From contig CBDCFW010000006.1 in the NCBI GenBank assembly GCA_965216465.1, positions 326,440 through 390,439 of the forward strand: a DNA stretch of 64,000 bases. Reading direction: 5' to 3'. This DNA comes from Bacteroidia bacterium (lineage in GTDB: Bacteria; Bacteroidota; Bacteroidia; NS11-12g; UBA9320). Under the pieces are notes generated by a model, which was not told the origin of the DNA, searched no databases, and saw only the letters and a program-made list of their open reading frames with translations. Position 1 is the stretch's first letter. Each line of letters starts with the position of its first letter. Shown here piece after piece: positions 10,010 through 20,648 of this stretch. Made by a program: the position numbers and the translations under genes.

Positions 10010-10750
10010 CTATGTGCTTATTTGTTCGCTGGTTTTCCCAAACCTTCTTTCTCTACTTTGATAATCTAAAATGGCTTCTTTCAGATGTTCTTTTCTGAAA
10101 TCGGGCCAAAGAACTGTAGTAAAATACAATTCGCTATAAGCCATTTCCCATAAAAGGAAATTGCTAATTCTTAACTCTCCACTTGTTCTGATCATTAACT
10201 CAGGGTGTGGATATTTATGTGTCGTTAAGGTGTTGTCAATTAATTCTTCGTTTATTTCATCAATCTCAATTTCTCCCGAAGCCGCCATTCGAGCGATACG
10301 TTTTGTAGCATTGACGATGTCCCATTTTGCACTGTAACTTAATGCAAGAATTAAGGTCATTCGGGTATTCCCTTTAGTTATCTCAATGGCTTCTTCAAGT
10401 TCTTTAACACACTCTTTCGGCAACATGCTTCTATCGCCAATAGCGTCAAGCTTGATTCCATTCTCCATCAAAGTCTTCGTTTCATTTCTGATTGTTTTAA
10501 CCAGAAGTGTCATCAAGGCATTTACTTCAATCTTTGGACGATTCCAGTTTTCGGTACTGAAAGCATACAGTGTAAGATATTTAACACCGAGTTCAGCACA
10601 ACCTTCAGATACTTCACGTACCGCTTTTACACCATTTTGGTGGCCAAATATTCTAAACCGACCTTTTTCTTTTGCCCAACGGCCATTACCATCCATGATG
10701 ATGGCGATGTGATTCGGTAAGCGTGCTATGTCAATATTCTCGTTAGTCAA
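10010..10750 (-). CDS. uppS: Di-trans,poly-cis-undecaprenyl-diphosphate synthase.
   Basis: HIAIIMDGNGRWAK and LTLYAFSTENWNRP are motifs of the cis-prenyltransferase family. Confidence 0.9.
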   Translation of the reverse strand: MTNENIDIARLPNHIAIIMDGNGRWAKEKGRFRIFGHQNGVKAVREVSEGCAELGVKYLTLYAFSTENWNRPKIEVNALMTLLVKTIRNETKTLMENGIKLDAIGDRSMLPKECVKELEEAIEITKGNTRMTLILALSYSAKWDIVNATKRIARMAASGEIEIDEINEELIDNTLTTHKYPHPELMIRTSGELRISNFLLWEMAYSELYFTTVLWPDFRKEHLKEAILDYQSRERRFGKTSEQIST

Positions 10751-11564
10751 AGAAATGAATTCTGTTATAAGGACATTGAATTGGAGTGAATCGATACGAA
10801 ATGGTAAATGCAGTTTGGAAATACCAGTCTTTTAAGTTTGGATCGCCACGCATATCACCTTGTTGAGACAAGATGCCTCCTGATTCTGAAACTTCCCAAG
10901 ATCGATCAGTAAGTTGTCGTCCAGTTAGACTTATCGGATTATCAGGGTCTCGCAAATCAGGATAAACAGTACTCACATCATCAAGATAGTCTGTAAAGGT
11001 TCTTCTCCATCCTGCTTCAAAACCAACAACCAAATTTTTGGTAACTGCGTGCTTTATTCCTACTCCAAAAGGAACACTTATTTGAAAGAGTTTATAACGG
11101 TCATCGGCACTTAGTTGCTCTGTATTTTGAGCATGGAGATCATACCATACGCCATTTAATTCTGCTTCTGGCTTATGTAAAAACCCAGCTAGTCCCATCA
11201 TTGCATAGAACGATGTTGATTCGTGAATGGTACTTGCACTAAACGGTTTGAAGTTAAATTCAAAGATGGTACCCACCTCGTAAATGTTATTTCTGAAGCT
11301 TAAGTTTCTTAAATGGTACTCTTCAAAGTTTTGATCAGAGCCCGAAATTTGCATGTACGATAAAGTTGGACGTAATGACCAAAACTCATTGAAATTGTAT
11401 TTGAAAAATCCTCCACCTGAGAAATTAGTTTCCCTCGGAACGATGTTATACGCCAAATCACCATGATAGTTAGACCCGCCAGCCATCAATCCCAACTCCC
11501 AAGACTGGGCATAGCTTGTAAGTACTGAAACTAAAAGCAGGATATTGAATGTGATTCTCTTCAT
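10743..11564 (-). CDS. Outer-membrane beta-barrel protein, DUF6089-like paralog 1.
   Basis: It has a signal peptide MKRITFNILLLVSVLTSYAQS and a shared motif FTDYLDDVSTVY. Its stop overlaps the uppS start. Confidence 0.6.
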   Translation of the reverse strand: MKRITFNILLLVSVLTSYAQSWELGLMAGGSNYHGDLAYNIVPRETNFSGGGFFKYNFNEFWSLRPTLSYMQISGSDQNFEEYHLRNLSFRNNIYEVGTIFEFNFKPFSASTIHESTSFYAMMGLAGFLHKPEAELNGVWYDLHAQNTEQLSADDRYKLFQISVPFGVGIKHAVTKNLVVGFEAGWRRTFTDYLDDVSTVYPDLRDPDNPISLTGRQLTDRSWEVSESGGILSQQGDMRGDPNLKDWYFQTAFTISYRFTPIQCPYNRIHFFD

Positions 11565-11640
11565 AAGATCGACTTATTTAATACGTAAAAACTAGTGAGA
11601 TGTTACTCGACGTGTTAAATATGTAATTTTTATGACTGGT

Positions 11641-12561
11641 TTAGAATCCTGGGCACTTAGGACGGTTACCCCAAATTCTATAGGTTAAACTAAATCCAAG
11701 AATTCCGTAAGAATCATTCTTTTCTGGATTACCACGTTGGTTGTTGTTCAACTCATCGTGCAACACTGTGCTTCTGTCAGCCATTGCTGCAGACATAGAA
11801 CCATAAGCCGACTGCAAACGTGTTGGGTCAACATAGGTCGTACTCACATCATCAATATAATCTGTAAACGTGAATCGAGCACCATACTCGATTCCAAAAG
11901 ACCATCTATTGCTGAACTTAAACTTAACTCCCGCTCCTAACGGTACTGCCAGTTGCGTCAGATGATAGCGCTCTCTTTCGTTAAACTCAGTAGTTCCTTG
12001 CCCTTCAGTTCCTAATGGTTGTAAATCTATCCATTCACCATCTCGGTCAATTAAATCAGTATATGTAGAACCCGGACGAGATACGTGCGGACTGCTTGGA
12101 TCATAAATAAATTGTGCTTGAGGATTAAATTTAAAAACTGATATACCTGTAAACACATAAGGAATAACTCCAGTTTTCTCACGAAGATCAGTTCTTCTTA
12201 AGTTAATTTCAACCGCTCCGGTAAAATCCCAAAGTGTAGATTGAAAACTCAAATTTCTGCTTGCTGGATCCTCAGGATCTTCATACCAGTTATCGTCTCC
12301 TGCTAGCCCTCCATACTGTGCACTTAATCTAAACGTTGCAAGCTCACCAGGAGTGTAACGTGTTATTAGTCCAACGGCTGGTTTTAATCCTCTTGCTTCA
12401 AAATAAGATTGAGTAAGATCACCGCTGTAGTGACTTGCTCCTCCTATAATGCCGAATTCAAGCGAACTCGTTCTAAACCAACGTTGTGCATTCGAAGTGT
12501 TACTCACTCCGAGCAGTAGAAGTAAACCAATTAATCCAATTCCTTTATTTATCTTTTTCAT
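11641..12561 (-). CDS. Outer-membrane beta-barrel protein, DUF6089-like paralog 2.
   Basis: The start at MKKINKGIGLIGLLLLL is a signal peptide. The motif FTDYIDDVSTTY is shared with the neighbouring gene. Confidence 0.6.
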   Translation of the reverse strand: MKKINKGIGLIGLLLLLGVSNTSNAQRWFRTSSLEFGIIGGASHYSGDLTQSYFEARGLKPAVGLITRYTPGELATFRLSAQYGGLAGDDNWYEDPEDPASRNLSFQSTLWDFTGAVEINLRRTDLREKTGVIPYVFTGISVFKFNPQAQFIYDPSSPHVSRPGSTYTDLIDRDGEWIDLQPLGTEGQGTTEFNERERYHLTQLAVPLGAGVKFKFSNRWSFGIEYGARFTFTDYIDDVSTTYVDPTRLQSAYGSMSAAMADRSTVLHDELNNNQRGNPEKNDSYGILGFSLTYRIWGNRPKCPGF

Positions 12562-12656
12562 GATGTTTTCGCATTTAAGGGCCAATGCTCAGTACAATTA
12601 GCAAAAGTACCATTTTAAAACGAATTTATGTAGTGATTATTTTATGAAGAACTTGA

Positions 12657-13283
12657 TCAAGCCAAGGTAAAGAACTCGGTCTTCTCATGTGTATGGTTCA
12701 GAATTACCCCTGCATGAATTAAATTGACCACAATTTTAGAGGCTCTCCACTTCGAAATATTGACCATTTTTTTGAATTCTTTGAGGGTTATTCTTTCATG
12801 AGATTCTAGGTATTTCAGCAATGCCTCTTCGTTCTTTCCATACTTAATTAAGCTGCCTTTTTCTGAGCTTTGCCTGTGAAGTACATCTACCACTATCTTG
12901 CTGGCTAACAAGCTTTTATCTTTGTTTCTAATATAGACCCACCACTTACCATCATCGCCTTTGGCGTAACAAGGTTTTTCTTCAATTTCGGGAACAATGC
13001 ACTCTAAAATAACCTTGTTTCCTATCTCATGCTCAATTATTTCAATTGGAATTTCAGGTTTACAATAGAAAGATGCCGCCAAATCAAGCATATAGGCCTC
13101 ATCTTCACTCTTTATACCCGCAATTGACCGATTGTCGCGAACACCAACCAACAACACTCCTCCTTTGTGATTCGCAAAACTCACCATGGTTTTGGCAATT
13201 TTAACGGCGGAGCTTATTTCTTGTTTGTAGTCTAAACGATCACTCTCCCCATCAATTAGATATTGTTTTATTCGATCTTCCAC
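12657..13283 (-). CDS. AlbA_2 (Schlafen-like divergent AAA) domain protein with a C-terminal HTH. Putative transcriptional regulator.
   Basis: DYKQEIS...VSFANHKGGVLLVGVRDNRSIAGI matches the AlbA_2 domain. Confidence 0.6.
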   Translation of the reverse strand: MEDRIKQYLIDGESDRLDYKQEISSAVKIAKTMVSFANHKGGVLLVGVRDNRSIAGIKSEDEAYMLDLAASFYCKPEIPIEIIEHEIGNKVILECIVPEIEEKPCYAKGDDGKWWVYIRNKDKSLLASKIVVDVLHRQSSEKGSLIKYGKNEEALLKYLESHERITLKEFKKMVNISKWRASKIVVNLIHAGVILNHTHEKTEFFTLA

Positions 13284-13298
13284 TTAACATTCAACAAT

Positions 13299-14246
13299 CT
13301 AAAGTCTAGCTTGATTCATTCGATCATGTGTTTTTTTGAATTCTTCGATTATTTCTGCAACGATATCTTTGGCAGGCATTACCTTGTTAATCAAACCACT
13401 GATTTGACCTATTTCAAGTTCTCCTTCATCCATATCGCCTTCAAACATTCCTTTTTTGGCTCGTGCCCTTCCCAAAATTTCGGCTAATTCTTCTGCACTT
13501 GCACCGCGCATTTCTGCTGTTACCACATTTTCCCAAAATTTATTCTTCAATAAACGCACAGGTGTCAATTTTTTCAAGCTGAGTTGTGTGCTTCCATCTT
13601 TTGCATCTACCACAGCCTGTTTGAAATTTGCGTGAGCAGAAGACTCATTGCTAGCTACAAATCTGCTTCCTACTTGAACAGCTTCTGCACCTAATGCCAT
13701 AGCCGCATACATCGACCTTCCACTGCCTACTCCACCAGCTGCAATAACCGGAACACGCACAGCATCAACGATTTGCGGAATTAACACCATGGTGGTTGTC
13801 TCTTCACGACCGTTATGTCCTCCAGCTTCAAAACCTTCGGCAACCAATGCATCAACACCACATGCTTCCGCTTTCAAAGCAAATTTTAAATTGCTGATTA
13901 CATGCACAACTGTTATCCCGTTATCTTTCAACTTTTGGGTCCATATAGCAGGATTTCCTGCGGATGTAAAAACAATGGGTACTTTTTCTTCAATGATAAT
14001 TTCGATGTGTTTTTCTACATCGGGATACAACAGGGGAACATTCACACCAAAAGGATTGGTGGTGGCAGTCTTACACTTCTGAATTTGCTCTCTTAATATA
14101 TCAGGATACATGCTCCCTGAACCAATTATTCCTAGTCCGCCAGCATTACTCACTGCCGATGCCAATTCCCATCCACTACACCAAATCATGCCAGCTTGAA
14201 TTAGGGGATACTGAATTCCGAAAAGTTCGGTGATTCTATTTTGCAT
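13299..14246 (-). CDS. Nitronate monooxygenase / FabK-like enoyl-ACP reductase II (NMO family).
   Basis: FGIQYPLIQAGMIWCSGWELASAVSNAGGLGIIG and GGVGSGRSM indicate an FMN TIM-barrel of the NMO type. Confidence 0.8.
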   Translation of the reverse strand: MQNRITELFGIQYPLIQAGMIWCSGWELASAVSNAGGLGIIGSGSMYPDILREQIQKCKTATTNPFGVNVPLLYPDVEKHIEIIIEEKVPIVFTSAGNPAIWTQKLKDNGITVVHVISNLKFALKAEACGVDALVAEGFEAGGHNGREETTTMVLIPQIVDAVRVPVIAAGGVGSGRSMYAAMALGAEAVQVGSRFVASNESSAHANFKQAVVDAKDGSTQLSLKKLTPVRLLKNKFWENVVTAEMRGASAEELAEILGRARAKKGMFEGDMDEGELEIGQISGLINKVMPAKDIVAEIIEEFKKTHDRMNQARL

Positions 14247-14351
14247 TTGACGAAGGTATTGAACTTGATGAATTTAAAGCAAACGAATAACCAACAAAAA
14301 ACGGACAGCAAACCATTGAAATAAATTACGAAATCCTATTAACTTCGTTCA

Positions 14352-15497
14352 GTGAATTTTTCGTATTGGGAAACAACTTACTTTCTCGGTCAAATCGATT
14401 ACCTCATCGTAGGAGCTGGACTTACTGGTTTACAATCTGCAACCTTGATCAAAGAGAAAAACCCCAAAGCTAAAGTTGTTGTCGTTGATCGATTTGGGTG
14501 GAGTTTAGGTGCAAGTACACGCAATGCAGGTTTTGCCTGTTTCGCCAATGTATCTGAAATTCTTGATGATTTAAAACACGATTCACCTGAAGCGGTATAT
14601 CAATTAGCCGCAAAAAGGTATCGTGGACTTCAAAAATTAAGAGAAAAGTATGGAGACATAAACATAGACTACCAAGAAAAAGGAAGTGTCGAAGTATTTA
14701 CCTCAAAAAACAAGAACGATCTTTATAAATGCATAGACAGCATCCAATCCATTAATTCAATTCTGTATAATGAAACTGGGCTTGATCGTGTATTTACCTA
14801 TTCGAGTAAAAGTCAATTATCAAACAGTATTGGAACTATTCACAACCAATATGAGGGTCAATTAAACACCGGAAAGCTATATGCCACGATTTACCGCTAC
14901 GCTGAACTTATAGGAGTTCGAATTTTGGGCGGAATTGAAGTTGAGTCTTGGGAAAAAGGAAATACAATAACTGTTAGTACCAAGCAAGGTATTGAAATTA
15001 ACGCAAATACCTTGGTCTTATGTACCAATGCATTTTCTCAAAAACTTAGCGTCGAAGATGTTGTTCCTGCACGTGGACAAGTTATTCTTACGGAACAACT
15101 TGATCAGCTTCCTTGTGAAGGTCTGCACATTTTTGACAGTGGATTTTACTATTGGAGAGACATAGACAATAGAATTCTCCTTGGAGGTGCTAGAAACTCG
15201 AATATTGAAGCAGAAACCACAGACAAAGTCGAATTGAACCCTGAAATTATTGAAGAATTGAAAGACTTTATGTTCAATCAAATTTTTGGAAATGAAGTTA
15301 CAATTGACACGCAATGGAGTGGTATCATGGGAATGGGTAAAGAAAAGAATAAAACCCCAATAATTAAAGAACTGGAACCCAATGTAATTCTTGCGGCTCG
15401 GTTAGGAGGAATGGGCGTTGCCTTAAGTGCGTTGGTTGCTCAAGAAGTGGTAGATTTAATCGAACAAAAAAGGGCAGACCTAAGCCTACCCTCTTAA
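14352..15497 (+). CDS. FAD-dependent oxidoreductase (DAO family).
   Basis: The N-terminal dinucleotide-binding motif is YLIVGAGLTGLQSA...VVVDR. Confidence 0.75.
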   Translation: MNFSYWETTYFLGQIDYLIVGAGLTGLQSATLIKEKNPKAKVVVVDRFGWSLGASTRNAGFACFANVSEILDDLKHDSPEAVYQLAAKRYRGLQKLREKYGDINIDYQEKGSVEVFTSKNKNDLYKCIDSIQSINSILYNETGLDRVFTYSSKSQLSNSIGTIHNQYEGQLNTGKLYATIYRYAELIGVRILGGIEVESWEKGNTITVSTKQGIEINANTLVLCTNAFSQKLSVEDVVPARGQVILTEQLDQLPCEGLHIFDSGFYYWRDIDNRILLGGARNSNIEAETTDKVELNPEIIEELKDFMFNQIFGNEVTIDTQWSGIMGMGKEKNKTPIIKELEPNVILAARLGGMGVALSALVAQEVVDLIEQKRADLSLPS

Positions 15498-15514
15498 TAT
15501 ATTTGTTTTATTGA

Positions 15515-16657
15515 TTAGTCTTTCAATACGCTTCTAGCGATAACAATTCTTTGAACCTCGCTAGTTCCTTCATAAATCTGAGTGATTTTAGCATCACGCA
15601 TTAATCGCTCTACGTGGTATTCTTTCACATATCCATATCCACCGTGAATTTGAACCGCTTCTGTAGTAACCCACATTGCTGTTTCTGATGCATATAATTT
15701 TGCCATTGAACTAGCTTGAGCATAGTCAAGACCGTTGTCTTTTAACCAAGCTGCTTTCAAACAGAATAAGCGTGCCGCTTCAATTCTTGTTGCCATATCA
15801 GCAAGTTTAAATTGAATAGCTTGGTGATTCATAATCTCAGTACCAAATGCTTTTCTTTCTTTAGAATATTGTAATGCAAGCTCGTATGCACCACTTGCGA
15901 TTCCTAATGCTTGAGAGGCGATACCAATTCTACCTCCGCTTAATACTTTCATAGCGAATTTAAATCCAAATCCTTCTTCTCCAATTCTATTCGCTTTAGG
16001 TACTTTCACATCTTGGAACATTAAAGAGTGTGTATCTGAACCTCTAATTCCTAGCTTATCTTCTTTTTTACCAACTGTAAACCCTTCCATGTCTGAGGTC
16101 ACAATTAAGCAGTTGATACCTCTATGCCCTTTTTCTACATCTGTTTGAGCCATAACTAAGAAAGTACTTCCTGTTTTACCATTGGTAATCCAGTTTTTTG
16201 TTCCATTTAGAAGGTAATGATCACCCATATCGATAGCCGTTGTTCTTTGGCTTGTAGCATCACTACCAGCTTCAGGCTCACTTAAACAAAATCCACCGTG
16301 AATTTGTCCGCTGGCTAAGGGTTTTAAGAACTTTTCTCTTTGCTCATCTGTACCAAACTCTTCTATTCCCCAGCACACCAATGAGTTGTTTACACTCATC
16401 ACAACACTTGCACTCGCATCAACCTTTGAGATTTCTTCCATTGCAAGCACGTAGCTTACTGCGTCCATTCCGCTTCCACCCCACTTAGGGTCAACCATCA
16501 TTCCTAGAAATCCTAATTCTCCAAGTTTTTTAACTTGCTCAGTTGGAAATCTTTGTTCATTATCTCTTTCGATAACTCCAGGCAAAAGCTCAGTTCTTGC
16601 AAAGTCTCTAGCTGCCTGCTGTATCATTAAGTGTTCTTCTGAAAGCTCGAAATTCAT
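15515..16657 (-). CDS. Acyl-CoA dehydrogenase.
   Basis: The ACAD fold runs throughout (GGSGMDAVSY, ...QIHGGYGY..., EGTSEVQR). The likely start is MNFELSEEHL. The track ORF begins at an upstream TTG. Confidence 0.85.
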   Translation of the reverse strand: MNFELSEEHLMIQQAARDFARTELLPGVIERDNEQRFPTEQVKKLGELGFLGMMVDPKWGGSGMDAVSYVLAMEEISKVDASASVVMSVNNSLVCWGIEEFGTDEQREKFLKPLASGQIHGGFCLSEPEAGSDATSQRTTAIDMGDHYLLNGTKNWITNGKTGSTFLVMAQTDVEKGHRGINCLIVTSDMEGFTVGKKEDKLGIRGSDTHSLMFQDVKVPKANRIGEEGFGFKFAMKVLSGGRIGIASQALGIASGAYELALQYSKERKAFGTEIMNHQAIQFKLADMATRIEAARLFCLKAAWLKDNGLDYAQASSMAKLYASETAMWVTTEAVQIHGGYGYVKEYHVERLMRDAKITQIYEGTSEVQRIVIARSVLKD

Positions 16658-16762
16658 ATGTTCTGTTTGTGTAAATTGAGGTGCAAAGGTACAACAAAAT
16701 ACATCTTGTTCCAATCTGTATACTTGTTATGGAATAATCCTAAATAGACTAAATTCGCCCTC

Positions 16763-17653
16763 ATGTTTCTGAAACCTGGTGACACTATCGGAATTGCTTC
16801 TCCTGCTCGAGCAATTGAAGCACAACTTGTTCAACCTGCAATTAGTCTTTTAGCGTCTCACGGGTTTCAAGTTGTTGTAGGCAAAAACGTCTACAATCGC
16901 TCCAATCAAATGGCCGGAACAGATTCAGAAAAAGTTGCAGACTTTCAAGCCCTTATTAACAATCCTGATGTTAAAGCAATTCTTTGTACGCGAGGTGGAT
17001 ATGGTTCGGTACGCATACTAGATGCTCTTGATTTTAAACCTTTGGTTAACCAACAAAAGTGGCTAATCGGCTATAGCGACGTAACTGCTTTCCATTCGCA
17101 TATTCATCAGCAATTTAACCTTCCAACCTTGCACGCCACTATGCCTGTAAATATTTCTGATTCGCCAGATGCTAACGAATCAATTAGTAATAGTACTCTC
17201 ATTGATGCCTTGCTTGGAAAGACACTAACCTATAACTTCTCGAATCACAATCTTACCCAGCCTGGAAATGCCAACGGGGTTTTGGTTGGAGGAAATTTAA
17301 GTATGCTTTACAGCCTTTGTGGATCATCATCGGATATTGATACCCGAGGAAAAATTTTATTCTTAGAAGATCTTGACGAATATCTTTATCATGTTGACCG
17401 TATGATGATGAATCTAAAACGAACAGGTAAACTAGACCAATTAGCTGGATTAGTGATTGGAGGCATGAGCGATATGAACGACAACGCTATTCCATTTGGT
17501 AAAACGGCCGAAGAAATTATTCTTGAACATACCCAAGAGTTTAACTACCCGATTTACTTTGGACTTGAAGCAGGACATATTCAACCAAATCGTGCTTTAC
17601 GTTTAGGAATGGAAGCTATTATTCAAGACAATCAACTAATTTTGCCAGCTTAA
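16763..17653 (+). CDS. LD-carboxypeptidase (peptidase S66).
   Basis: GDTIGIASPA, the GYSDVTA nucleophile region, and the overall layout match the S66 family. Confidence 0.75.
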   Translation: MFLKPGDTIGIASPARAIEAQLVQPAISLLASHGFQVVVGKNVYNRSNQMAGTDSEKVADFQALINNPDVKAILCTRGGYGSVRILDALDFKPLVNQQKWLIGYSDVTAFHSHIHQQFNLPTLHATMPVNISDSPDANESISNSTLIDALLGKTLTYNFSNHNLTQPGNANGVLVGGNLSMLYSLCGSSSDIDTRGKILFLEDLDEYLYHVDRMMMNLKRTGKLDQLAGLVIGGMSDMNDNAIPFGKTAEEIILEHTQEFNYPIYFGLEAGHIQPNRALRLGMEAIIQDNQLILPA

Positions 17654-18102
17654 TGGCTATCTACCAAGCAAGTAAAGAACTCACCAAGTTTATCATCTCC
17701 GGTCTAGCAGCAGTTGCGGTCGATTTTATCGTATATTTTGCCTTATCTCAGTTCTTAGATATTAATCTAAGTAAGGGCTTAAGCTTTTGTTCTGGAATGC
17801 TTGTTACTTACAACTTGAATAAGTACTGGACCTGGAGACAAACAGATAAAAACAATAAAAGGTTGCTTCTTTTTACGGGACTATATTTGGTTGCCATGGT
17901 CATTAACATCGCTGTTAACCATTATGCTTTTGAATTGCTTCCTGATGGGGAGTTTGTAAGTTTATTACGTTCAGAGTCTGGCATTAAAGATTTAATTACT
18001 ATCAAAATTGACAAGGTCGCTGCCTTTATAATTGCCACTGGAATAAGTGCCAGCTTTACTTTTGTTGGCCAGAAGTTTTGGTTGTTCAGAGAAAAATCCT
18101 AA
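17653..18102 (+). CDS. GtrA-family membrane protein.
   Basis: The ORF is 149 aa with four TM helices and a GtrA-like N-terminus (KFIISGLAAVAVDFIVYFAL). Confidence 0.6.
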   Translation: MAIYQASKELTKFIISGLAAVAVDFIVYFALSQFLDINLSKGLSFCSGMLVTYNLNKYWTWRQTDKNNKRLLLFTGLYLVAMVINIAVNHYAFELLPDGEFVSLLRSESGIKDLITIKIDKVAAFIIATGISASFTFVGQKFWLFREKS

Positions 18103-18539
18103 TCGTATGGTCGATTTAGAATTGCATCGTAAATGATCGCCTGTTCGATATCCACTTCAATCTCTTTTGGTTGAGTTGCTATACCTTTCTCCTCCTGAAT
18201 TTCAGCTCTAATCTCAGCCATATTCATGCCTGTATCTGCATTGTGATCATACTCAACACGTTTGTCGTATTGATGATCTTCAATAAGAATTTTCTTTCGC
18301 TTTTTCTTCTTCTTAACAGGTTTGGCAACAGGGGTCTTATATTCTTGCTTGGGTTGCGGAGCTGGTTCACCTGACAGTTCACGTAAGATTTCTTCCAAGC
18401 TCGGAGATTGAGGGTTTGGTTTTTTTCGCTGCACCGGTCGCTGTTTTGGCTTTTGTTGCTTTTTTTTGCTGGGTGCAAAAATTCGGTACAGGAGGTAAGC
18501 CGCAATCGGTAGAAATTTTAATAAATCTTCCATGAACAA
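18099..18539 (-). CDS. Hypothetical protein with an N-terminal TM helix and a lysine-rich tail (DUF4834-like).
   Basis: A single N-terminal hydrophobic helix is followed by a KKKQQKPKQRPVQRKK low-complexity region. Confidence 0.4.
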   Translation of the reverse strand: MFMEDLLKFLPIAAYLLYRIFAPSKKKQQKPKQRPVQRKKPNPQSPSLEEILRELSGEPAPQPKQEYKTPVAKPVKKKKKRKKILIEDHQYDKRVEYDHNADTGMNMAEIRAEIQEEKGIATQPKEIEVDIEQAIIYDAILNRPYD

Positions 18540-18549
18540 AGCGAAAGTA

Positions 18550-19029
18550 ATGAAAAAAAATCTGGTATTGGGGTTAGGGTCTAATTTGGGAAATCGATAT
18601 GCTTACTTGCAAATAGCCATCAAGTTAATTGAGCAACAATTTGAAACTGCATCAATCAAAGCCAAGGTGTACAGTACCCCTCCATGGGGAAACACCAATC
18701 AGGCTGCTTTTTTAAATACTGCTGTACTTGTTCAAACAGACTTCGAAGCTGAAAAATGTTTTAAAATCATCAAACAAATTGAACAGGAAGTAGGCCGCGT
18801 TAGATCAGAACATTGGGGACCACGCTGTATCGACATCGACATCCTATTCTACGACAGCTTAGTCGTTGAAAATGAACAACTTTCAATTCCTCATCCTCAA
18901 ATTCAAAATCGGTCTTTTGTACTTGTTCCCTTGAATGACATTGTACCTGAGCTGACTCACCCTGTTCTTCAAAAATCGGTAAGCAAACTTTGCAAATTAG
19001 TACCTAACGATTGTGTAATTTTTAACTAA
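18550..19029 (+). CDS. folK: 2-amino-4-hydroxy-6-hydroxymethyldihydropteridine diphosphokinase (HPPK).
   Basis: LGLGSNLGNR...TPPWGNTNQAAFLNTAVLVQT...RWGPRCIDIDILFY...IPHPQIQNRSFVLVPL matches HPPK. Confidence 0.85.
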   Translation: MKKNLVLGLGSNLGNRYAYLQIAIKLIEQQFETASIKAKVYSTPPWGNTNQAAFLNTAVLVQTDFEAEKCFKIIKQIEQEVGRVRSEHWGPRCIDIDILFYDSLVVENEQLSIPHPQIQNRSFVLVPLNDIVPELTHPVLQKSVSKLCKLVPNDCVIFN

Positions 19030-19031
19030 GT

Positions 19032-19589
19032 TTGAAAGTGTTTTTAACCTGTGTAGGCAACATATCATATTGGAAAGAGTTGGTTCAAAATCAAGAGGTG
19101 ACGTTCTTTTTGAATCACACTTTTCAAAAGCAAACAGAGCTTTCTCAGTTTGAGATTGTTGGACCAAATGGTCGGCTAAAATTAAGCCTGCCCTTGATTA
19201 AAGCAACTCGAAAAGGACCTTATGATGCAGTGCACTTAGACTACCACTCAAATTGGCAAGTTGAACACTGGCGTAGCATCGAAAATGCATACAAAAAGGC
19301 TCCTTTCTTTTTATACTATGGCTATAAAATTCAGCCCGTTTTTCAAAAAAGACATGAAACCCTTGTAGACTTTAACAAGGCTATGCTTGAAGCAATTCTA
19401 AACTGCATTAAGCATGATAGTGACATTCTGTTCTCTGAGGAATCAGTAGCATATAGTGCCACTAAATTATCATCCACCGTAGCATATCCTCAAGTTTTTG
19501 ATGCCAAATTGAACTTCGAATCCAATTTGTCTATTCTAGATGTGATTTTTAATCTAGGGCCAGAAACGCTAGATTATCTTATGCACTAA
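19032..19589 (+). CDS. WbqC-family protein.
   Basis: [20 protein letters not shown] and [15 protein letters not shown] resemble WbqC-like proteins. Confidence 0.65.
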   Translation: MKVFLTCVGNISYWKELVQNQEVTFFLNHTFQKQTELSQFEIVGPNGRLKLSLPLIKATRKGPYDAVHLDYHSNWQVEHWRSIENAYKKAPFFLYYGYKIQPVFQKRHETLVDFNKAMLEAILNCIKHDSDILFSEESVAYSATKLSSTVAYPQVFDAKLNFESNLSILDVIFNLGPETLDYLMH

Positions 19590-20565
19590 CGCTTTCGTAA
19601 GAACCCATCGAGCTAAACTTGTCAATTCGCTGTTGAACCAGCTCTTCAGTATCAAGTTCGTTAAGCTCTTTGATACGTCGTTTAATCTCGGTCTTTAGCG
19701 TTTTGTACATTACTTCTGGGTTGTTATGAGCTCCGCCTAAAGGTTCGCGAATCACCCCATCAATAAGTCCATTTTTAAGCATCACGTTTGCTGTAAGCTT
19801 CAATGCGTCCGCGGCTTTTTCTTTGAAATCCCAGCTTCTCCAAAGGATAGAAGAACAACTCTCAGGAGATATTACAGAATACCAAGTATTTTCAAGCATC
19901 AATACACGATCTCCAACACCAATTCCTAACGCTCCACCACTTGCACCTTCACCGATAACGATACAAATGATTGGCACTTTAAGAACAGCCATTTCCATGA
20001 GGTTTTTTGCGATAGCTTCACCTTGACCACGCTCTTCGGCTTCTAAACCTGGTGATGCTCCTGGGGTATCAATTAAGCATACTACTGGAAGATTAAACTT
20101 CTCAGCCATCTTCATCATTCTTAATGCTTTTCTATACCCTTCTGGATTAGGCATCCCAAAGTTTCTGTATTGTCTTTGCTTCGTGTTTCGTCCTTTTTGA
20201 TGACCAATGATCATAACATTGTGTCCGTCAATTTGAGCAAGTCCTCCTACCATAGCTTTGTCGTCTCCAACGTTTCTATCACCGTGAAGCTCAACAAAGT
20301 TTTTGCTAATTGCGTTGATGTAATCTAAGGTATATGGTCTTTCTGGATGTCTCGAGATTTGAACACGCTGCCAGCCAGAAAGATCTTTGTACATTTCTTT
20401 TCGTACACTAAGGATCTTTTTCTCCAATTGTTCAACCGTGTCGCTCATATCTACCTTGCCTTTGGCGTGGGTAGCTTGAGCCTTTTCAAGTTGTTCGTAT
20501 AACTCCTCTAACGGCTTTTCAAAATCTAATAATGCAGTCATTTGCGTTCTATTTGAAGAGGGCAA
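19579..20565 (-). CDS. accA: Acetyl-CoA carboxylase carboxyltransferase subunit alpha.
   Basis: The ORF is 328 aa. [16 protein letters not shown], the [16 protein letters not shown] region, and the overall AccA layout are present. Confidence 0.9.
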   Translation of the reverse strand: MPSSNRTQMTALLDFEKPLEELYEQLEKAQATHAKGKVDMSDTVEQLEKKILSVRKEMYKDLSGWQRVQISRHPERPYTLDYINAISKNFVELHGDRNVGDDKAMVGGLAQIDGHNVMIIGHQKGRNTKQRQYRNFGMPNPEGYRKALRMMKMAEKFNLPVVCLIDTPGASPGLEAEERGQGEAIAKNLMEMAVLKVPIICIVIGEGASGGALGIGVGDRVLMLENTWYSVISPESCSSILWRSWDFKEKAADALKLTANVMLKNGLIDGVIREPLGGAHNNPEVMYKTLKTEIKRRIKELNELDTEELVQQRIDKFSSMGSYESVSA

Positions 20566-20648
20566 AGTTAGAAATCAAAATGATTTACGGTAGTTTTATG
20601 CTTAAAAATGGTTCTCTTGAGAATAAAATACTTGCTTAAATTTGACCC

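Noticed and set aside
16658-16714. Upstream TTG-initiated extension of the acyl-CoA dehydrogenase ORF.
   Set aside because: An ATG giving MNFELSEEHL lines up with typical ACAD N-termini. The extension is Cys/Phe-rich and looks like junk.
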